DNA of 32,984 nucleotides from Pedosphaera sp. GTDB taxonomy: Bacteria > Verrucomicrobiota > Verrucomicrobiia > Limisphaerales > SIBH01. The notes below the pieces were generated by a model. It saw only the letters and a program-made list of their open reading frames with translations, made no database searches and was not told the origin of the DNA. Location of the stretch: NCBI GenBank assembly GCA_031414955.1, contig JANOQV010000094.1, forward strand, positions 1 through 32,984, given 5' to 3'. Both the position numbers and the translations under genes were made by a program. Shown here one piece after another: positions 27,593-32,984 of this stretch (the first letter of the stretch is position 1; every line of letters starts with the position of its first letter).

Positions 27593-27732
27593 AAGCACCA
27601 AGGTCCAAGCTCCAAGCTCCAGGGAAACATCAAGCTCCAAGCTCCAAGGTGCTTTTGAACGATGGCCTGCCCGCGACTTGATGTTTGGTATTTGGTGCTT
27701 CACTGGATCTTGGGTCTTGGATCTTGGATCTT
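27593..27732. repeat. 7-nt-periodic inverted-repeat element (AAGCTCC/AAGATCC type)
   Basis: Left AAGCACC AAGGTCC AAGCTCC AAGCTCC AGGG AAACATC AAGCTCC AAGCTCC. Right arm read on the minus strand: AAGATCC AAGATCC AAGACCC AAGATCC AGTG AAGCACC AAATACC AAACATC. Confidence 0.87.
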
Positions 27733-27739
27733 TTCCCCG

Positions 27740-29104
27740 ATGAACTTCCTCAACTCCATCACCATCGGCTTCAAGGAAATCTGGTCTCACAAGTTCCGTT
27801 CGCTGCTGACCGTGCTGGGCATCATCCTCGGCGTGGCTTCGCTCGTCGCCATGTCAGCCCTGGTCAAGGGCATGGAGAACGGGCTGCGCGCCGCACTCAT
27901 CGAGATCGGCGGCGTGGAGAAGGTCCGCATCGAGGAGCAGGAGATTCCCCAAGACCAGTTGCATCTCGCGGATCAGGCCGTCGGCAACACCATTAATGAC
28001 GTTTATGCGCTCCAGCAAAGCGCGCCGCTGGTGAAGTCGATCAACCCCGAGATGCGCCTGCGCAATGCGGTCATCACGCGCGGCGGCAAGGTGTTTCAGT
28101 CTTGGAATTTCGTCGGCACCTGGGCCAATGCCCTCGAGATGAACCAGCACAGCATCGAGCATGGACGCATGTTCAACCAGGTGGACGAGGACAACGCTTC
28201 CAGCGTCTGCGTGGTCGGCACCTTGTTGCGCGACGAATTGTTCGGCTCTCCCACCGAGGTGGGTCGCGAGATCAACCCGGTCGGCGAAATCGTGACCATC
28301 AATGGCATGCCCTTCACCATCATCGGCATGTTCAAGCACTACGAGAGCGAGATGGATCGCAAGCTGCGCGAGGTGGAGAAGGACAAGCCTCAGCAAGAAA
28401 CCGGACCGACCCGCAGCCGCGGCTGGGGCAGTCGCGGCAGCGGCATGGGTGGCTTCGTTTATCGCTTCAAGAACATGACCGTCTATATTCCGCTGCAAAC
28501 CATGTGGGTCAAGTTTCGCTCCGCCAGCGGCACCAACAACACGCCCGATCCCCGGCTCTCCAGCTTGTGGATCAAAGTGCAGGACGTGGACCATTTGGAT
28601 CAGGCGCTGGAACAATCCCGCAATGTGATGCTCCAGACGCATCGCGGCGTGGAGGACTTCGCCTTTCGCACCCAGGAGGATTGGGCGGATCAGATCACCG
28701 GCTCCATCCAGAATGCCCGGTTGAGTGGTGGTATCATCGCCGCCATCAGCCTGCTCGTGGGTGGCATCGGCATCATGAACATCATGCTGGCCAGCATCAC
28801 CGAGCGGGTGCGAGAGATCGGCATTCGCAAGGCCATCGGAGCCACGGACGCGGGCGTGTTCATCCAGATCGTGGTCGAGAGCATGGTCATCGCGCTGCTC
28901 GGGGGTGTGGCGGGATTACTGGCCTCCTCCGCGCTCGTTCACTTGCTGGTGATCCTGTCGCCGACCGAGAACACACCCGTGATCACGGTGAACGCGATGG
29001 TCCTGGCCTTCCTCTCCAGCGCGGCGATTGGCGTGCTGGCCGGAGTGCTGCCCGCGATCAAGGCGGCGCGGTTAAGCCCCATCCAGGCTTTGCGCTACGA
29101 TTGA
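27740..29104 (+). CDS. ABC transporter permease (MacB/FtsX family)
   Basis: ATG 27740; HKFRSLLTVLGIILGVAS, ISLLVGGIGIMNIMLASITERVREIGIRKAIGA, PAIKAARLSPIQALRYD. Confidence 0.95.
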   Translation: MNFLNSITIGFKEIWSHKFRSLLTVLGIILGVASLVAMSALVKGMENGLRAALIEIGGVEKVRIEEQEIPQDQLHLADQAVGNTINDVYALQQSAPLVKSINPEMRLRNAVITRGGKVFQSWNFVGTWANALEMNQHSIEHGRMFNQVDEDNASSVCVVGTLLRDELFGSPTEVGREINPVGEIVTINGMPFTIIGMFKHYESEMDRKLREVEKDKPQQETGPTRSRGWGSRGSGMGGFVYRFKNMTVYIPLQTMWVKFRSASGTNNTPDPRLSSLWIKVQDVDHLDQALEQSRNVMLQTHRGVEDFAFRTQEDWADQITGSIQNARLSGGIIAAISLLVGGIGIMNIMLASITERVREIGIRKAIGATDAGVFIQIVVESMVIALLGGVAGLLASSALVHLLVILSPTENTPVITVNAMVLAFLSSAAIGVLAGVLPAIKAARLSPIQALRYD

Positions 29105-29199
29105 GGTGCCAGCCGGATCAAGTCCTGGCCAGGCCGTCCGGGCACGAAGGGCGTGTGCTTTTTCTCGTCAGGTCCAGCCGGGCTGCCTAGCCTTACGGC

Positions 29200-29946
29200 G
29201 TGTTGACGGATCGCCCTTGGAATGCAGATGCGCTGCTGCGCCTGCTGATGCTCGGATCTCTGGGCCTCGGCGTGGGCCTGCTCGCGCTGATGGCGATGGA
29301 CGGGGTGATGCGAGAACGGCTGTCCCCCAATGACCTCGAGTTTTTCAAGCAGGCGGGCGGGTTCCTTTCGATTCAAGGACTGGGGTTGGTTTGGATTTAC
29401 CTCTTCCTGTGCGAGCACGACCTCCGCGCGGGCGCGGCATTTGGATTCTCCCGCGCGCCTCTCCGCAGCCTGGCGACGGCATTCCTGGCCATGCTGGTGG
29501 CGTTTCCATTGATCGCGCTGCTCATGCACGGCTGTGCGGCCCTGATGCAATGGCTGTTCAACATCGTGCCGCCGGAACAGGTGACGGTCGGTTTCTTGAA
29601 GAGCCACCCACCGCTCTGGCAGACGCTGGGTCTCGGATTTGTGGCCGTGGTCCTGGCACCGGTGGCGGAAGAGATGCTGTTTCGCGGCATTCTTTACCCC
29701 TTCATCAAGCAACGGGGCTATCCACGAACGGCGCTGTGGGGCACGGCCATCCTCTTTGGGGTCATTCATTTCAATCTCGGCGCGCTCGTGCCGCTCGTCG
29801 TCCTCGCGCTGGTCTGGACGTGGCTTTACGAACGCACGCAGAACCTGCTCGCACCCATCGTCGCTCACGTCCTCTTCAACGCGGTGAATTTCATCCTGCT
29901 GACGGCCGACCTGCCGGAGTGGCTGGAACAACTGATCAAGAAATGA
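29200..29946 (+). CDS. CPBP/CAAX (Abi) family intramembrane metalloprotease
   Basis: APVAEEMLFRG, LFGVIH, YERTQNL..PIVAHVLFN; multiple TM segments. Confidence 0.92.
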   Translation: MLTDRPWNADALLRLLMLGSLGLGVGLLALMAMDGVMRERLSPNDLEFFKQAGGFLSIQGLGLVWIYLFLCEHDLRAGAAFGFSRAPLRSLATAFLAMLVAFPLIALLMHGCAALMQWLFNIVPPEQVTVGFLKSHPPLWQTLGLGFVAVVLAPVAEEMLFRGILYPFIKQRGYPRTALWGTAILFGVIHFNLGALVPLVVLALVWTWLYERTQNLLAPIVAHVLFNAVNFILLTADLPEWLEQLIKK

Positions 29947-30878
29947 ACGAAGTGGAACTCATCGCCCGGCTCCTGCCCAAGCTGGCGTGCAACGATTCGG
30001 TGGTGGTCGCGGCCGGAGACGATTGCGCCGTGCTCGATCTGGGCGCAGGTGAGCATCTGCTCTTCAAGGCCGACGCCGTGGTGGAAGGCATCCATTTCAC
30101 GCCGGAAACCCCTCCGGAAAAGATCGGACGCAAGGCTTTGGCTCGCGGCCTGAGCGACATCGCGGCGATGGGAGGCAAAGCCACGGCGGCGTTGGTGACG
30201 CTGGCGCTGCCGAAAGATTTTGACGTGGAACGCGTGGAGAAAATCTACGCCGGGCTAAACCGACTGGCGGCGGAGCATGGCGTCGCCATCGTCGGCGGAG
30301 AAACAACGACCAACCCGGAGCGCATGCTGATCTCGATTGCGTTGCTCGGCACGGTGGCGAAAGGCCGGGCGCTGCTGCGATCGGGCGCGCAGGCAGGCGA
30401 CGCGCTCTTCGTGACGGGAGAATTGGGCGGTTCACTGCAAGGCCGGCATCTGGACTTCGAACCGCGCCTGGCCGAGGCGCGCTGGTTGGCCGAACATTTC
30501 ACCATCCACGCCATGATTGACTTGAGCGACGGGCTGGCCAGCGATTTGCGGCACATTCTCCACGCCAGCCAGGTAGGCGCGGATCTGCTGGCGCGCTCCC
30601 TGCCCATCAGCCGCGCCGCGAGACTGGCCGCGCGCGCGGCAGTTCCGGCCAAGCCCCCTCTGCTCGCAGCCCTGACGGATGGCGAAGATTTCGAACTATT
30701 GTTTACCGTGGCGAGCCAGGACGCGGTCAGCTTGCTGGACGCCTGGAAGGAGCGGTTCCCCGCCCTGCCCTTGTCGTGCATCGGCAAGATCACCGCGCAA
30801 CCCGGGCTGCGTCTGCGCGACGAGGACGGCGTGCGAACCTTGAATGTTCATGGCTACACTCATTTCGAAAAGCCCTGA
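29943..30878 (+). CDS. thiL: Thiamine-monophosphate kinase
   Basis: ATG overlaps the upstream TGA. MNEVELI, GDDCAV, VEGIHF, LSDIAAMGG, IVGGET, IDLSDGL, GEDFELLFT, GYTHF. Confidence 0.96.
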   Translation: MNEVELIARLLPKLACNDSVVVAAGDDCAVLDLGAGEHLLFKADAVVEGIHFTPETPPEKIGRKALARGLSDIAAMGGKATAALVTLALPKDFDVERVEKIYAGLNRLAAEHGVAIVGGETTTNPERMLISIALLGTVAKGRALLRSGAQAGDALFVTGELGGSLQGRHLDFEPRLAEARWLAEHFTIHAMIDLSDGLASDLRHILHASQVGADLLARSLPISRAARLAARAAVPAKPPLLAALTDGEDFELLFTVASQDAVSLLDAWKERFPALPLSCIGKITAQPGLRLRDEDGVRTLNVHGYTHFEKP

Positions 30879-31308
30879 GGAGACGCTCGCGCTCGGCGAG
30901 GCCTGGGGACGCGAAGCCCAACGCGGCTGGGTCATCGGGTTGAGCGGTGATCTGGGCGCGGGGAAAACGCAATTGGTGAAAGGACTGGCCCGCGGGCTGG
31001 GTTCCACGGCGCGCGCCCACTCGCCCACCTTCGCGCTGCTCAACGAATACGGCGGCGGGCGGTTGCCGCTTTTTCATCTCGACCTCTATCGCCTGAACCA
31101 TCGTGAAGATGTCTTCTCCGCCGGCTTGGAGGAATACTTGTTGAACCCGGAGGGCGTGACGGTCGTGGAGTGGATTGAACGGTGGATGCCAGAGGTCGAA
31201 TGTCCAATGTCCAATGTCCGGGGTCTGAGGAATATCACGCGCATGGTTTGGTTCGAGACGGCGGGCGAAATGGAGCGGCGCATTACTTATGAAGATTCTG
31301 GCGCTTGA
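30850..31308 (+). CDS. tsaE: t6A biosynthesis ATPase TsaE
   Basis: LSGDLGAGKTQLVKG, SPTFALLNEY, HLDLYRL, VVEW. Confidence 0.95.
   Translation: MATLISKSPEETLALGEAWGREAQRGWVIGLSGDLGAGKTQLVKGLARGLGSTARAHSPTFALLNEYGGGRLPLFHLDLYRLNHREDVFSAGLEEYLLNPEGVTVVEWIERWMPEVECPMSNVRGLRNITRMVWFETAGEMERRITYEDSGA
31199..31219 (+). repeat. (AATGTCC)x3 tandem heptamer inside tsaE
   Basis: Exact AATGTCC AATGTCC AATGTCC, 21 nt, keeps the reading frame. Confidence 0.8.
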
Positions 31309-31924
31309 ATTTTCCTCCCCGCGCCGCTCGGTGGCGGTGGCGGTGGACGGCGTGGTGCGAGGCGCGAGCAGCGAACCGGGCGGCCGCACCACACACCCTT
31401 TCGCCATGATCGAGGCCGCGCTGGCCCAGGCCGGATTGGATCGTGGGCAGATCGAATGCCTCGCCGTTGGACTGGGGCCGGGCAGCTACGCGGGCGTCCG
31501 TATCGCCATCGCCATCGCGCAAGGCTGGCAACTTGCGCGCGGAACCAAGTTGCTCGGTCTGAGCAGCGCGGAAGTGGTGGCAGCCCGCGCTGCCCAAACC
31601 GGACTCACCGAAGTCCGCGTCGGACTGGACGCGCAGCGCCAGGAACTCTTCGCGGCCCGCTACGATGTGTCGAACCCTGTTCAGCCGCGACTGATCGAGC
31701 CGTTTCAAATCTGCCCGCCTTCCGAGACCGGGGTGGTCTTGCGGATGGATCTCTTGACGTCATCGCCGGACGGCCAGAGCCGTTCCTGGATTCCGGACGC
31801 CGAAATGCTGTCCGTGCTGGCGACCCACCGGATGGACTTTGTTCAAGGCTCAACCCTGGAACCGATCTACTTACGCAAAGCGGAATTCGTCAAAGCCCCG
31901 CCGTCCAATTTCCACGCCGGCTGA
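31289..31924 (+). CDS. tsaB: t6A biosynthesis protein TsaB
   Basis: MKILALEFSS, AVGLGPGSYAGVRIA, LDAQRQE, LEPIYLR; adjacent to tsaE. Confidence 0.92.
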   Translation: MKILALEFSSPRRSVAVAVDGVVRGASSEPGGRTTHPFAMIEAALAQAGLDRGQIECLAVGLGPGSYAGVRIAIAIAQGWQLARGTKLLGLSSAEVVAARAAQTGLTEVRVGLDAQRQELFAARYDVSNPVQPRLIEPFQICPPSETGVVLRMDLLTSSPDGQSRSWIPDAEMLSVLATHRMDFVQGSTLEPIYLRKAEFVKAPPSNFHAG

Positions 31925-32060
31925 ACCGGCGTCCGGGCCTGAGCCGGCACAGTTCGGCCTGCTTCCACTAATCTGTTACTTCCCGCTCAAGTGCTGGAGA
32001 ACTCCCGTCGATAGATTCAGCGCGACGCGGTTTGGATATTTTCCGTGTCGCAATGGAGCG

Positions 32061-32094
32061 GACCCGCTGCCGGATGGCAGCGGGTCTTTTCTTT
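32061..32094 (+). terminator. Rho-independent terminator
   Basis: GACCCGCTGCC-GGAT-GGCAGCGGGTC followed by TTTTCTTT. Confidence 0.85.
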
Positions 32095-32587
32095 GGTACC
32101 GGCCCGAGGCGATTCGCCCCGGAAGCCGGGGCGGGATGCGATCTGACGATTAGGTTCCAGCGCAACCGCCGAAGTTGAGGACGCGGCCCGCACTCAAGTT
32201 GAATTTCATCAGTGCCGGAGTGTTGGAGTCCCATTCAACCTGGAAAAAGCAGTTCCCCTCACGTCAAGGGCGCAAAGGACGCGACAGGATTGAACGAGGA
32301 ACACAACCTTTCTTTCACCCATCCAGTGCAGAGAACTCGTCCAGCAAGATTCAATCACCCCCCGCTGCCGTTGCGCCCTTGGCACCAGTTTCAACGGCCG
32401 TCTTTAGGTTCACCGCTGGCTTTTTACTTTCATCCGTGAGACCTCGCCATGAAGCGCGGTAGGAACATTCCCACTGTCTTGGGCAGGGAGGACAACGCTG
32501 CAACAGCTTGGGACACCGGACAGTTCGCCCCGCCCTGGGACACCGCGGTTTTCCCTTGTTTTTCCTGGTCCAGGCGTTTGCCGACCG

Positions 32588-32604
32588 TTGGCATCCACGC
32601 TGCT
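32588..32604 (+). promoter_or_regulatory. Sigma-54 (-24/-12) promoter for the pilin gene
   Basis: TTGGCATCCACGCTGCT: GG (32590-91) and GC (32602-03) separated by exactly 10 nt, about 110 bp upstream of the pilin ATG. Confidence 0.7.
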
Positions 32605-32714
32605 AAGTCCTGTTATCGCGGTCGGACTCAGACAATCCGTGAACAGCCGAAATAATGGTTAAACCGTCTGGGTCTTCTGTTCACACCGCGTCAGTCAGAA
32701 AGGTAAACAACAGT

Positions 32715-32984
32715 ATGAAGATCAATACATCACGCCGCAGTGCGTTCACCCTGGTAGAAATCATGATCGTGGTCGCGATCATCGGCTTGCTCGCCGCCAT
32801 CGCGATCCCGAACTTCATCAAAGCTCGCGAAGCCTCGCAGAAAAATGCGTGCATCGCGAACCTCAAGCAGATCGACGGGGCCAAGAACACCTGGGCGCTC
32901 GAAGAGAAGAAGATCAACACCAGCGTGCCGGTTGACACCGACCTGTATGGCAGCACGCTCTACATCCGCTCCAAGCCCGTCTGC
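32715..32984 (+). CDS. Type IV pilin / prepilin N-methylation-domain protein, 3'-truncated by the window edge
   Basis: Manual translation MKINTSRRSA|FTLVEIMIVVAIIGLLAAIAIPNFIKARE...ACIANLKQIDGAK, with GAAAGG Shine-Dalgarno. Absent from the ORF track because there is no stop in the window. Confidence 0.93.
   Translation, partial: MKINTSRRSAFTLVEIMIVVAIIGLLAAIAIPNFIKAREASQKNACIANLKQIDGAKNTWALEEKKINTSVPVDTDLYGSTLYIRSKPVC

Noticed and set aside
26741..27732. Diversity-generating retroelement
   Set aside because: No reverse transcriptase and no template/variable repeat pair with adenine-specific differences in the window.
27662..27739. N-terminal extension of the permease
   Set aside because: It is the translated right arm of the heptad element; MacB-like sequence begins at ATG 27740.
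32681..32956. 91-aa minus-strand ORF
   Set aside because: Antisense to the clear plus-strand pilin gene.

Overview
GC-rich bacterial chromosomal window, most likely Verrucomicrobia (Pedosphaerales-like; inferred from gene style and repeat types). It is mostly housekeeping: 3' part of alaS, tgt, a hybrid histidine kinase, proS, an FAH-family enzyme, a cluster of RRM protein/infA/infC/fatty-acid desaturase/two sigma-70 factors, apt, a PAP2-ArnT fusion, an OGG1-type glycosylase, an FKBP, a large lipoprotein, a MacAB-like ABC exporter, a CAAX protease, thiL-tsaE-tsaB and the start of a type IV pilin with a sigma-54 promoter. The most notable non-routine features are: (1) a frameshifted REP-associated tyrosine transposase (RAYT) bracketed by two near-identical 110-bp REP doublets (REPINs), with three more dispersed copies showing compensatory base changes; (2) a mosaic alaS whose central ~1.3 kb has lower GC and carries three in-frame insertions; (3) a separate family of 7-nt-periodic inverted-repeat elements in operon junctions, with a similar tract in frame inside tsaE; (4) an unannotated Sel1-repeat pseudogene; (5) a putative cold-shock gene island. 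No rRNA, tRNA or CRISPR array was seen.
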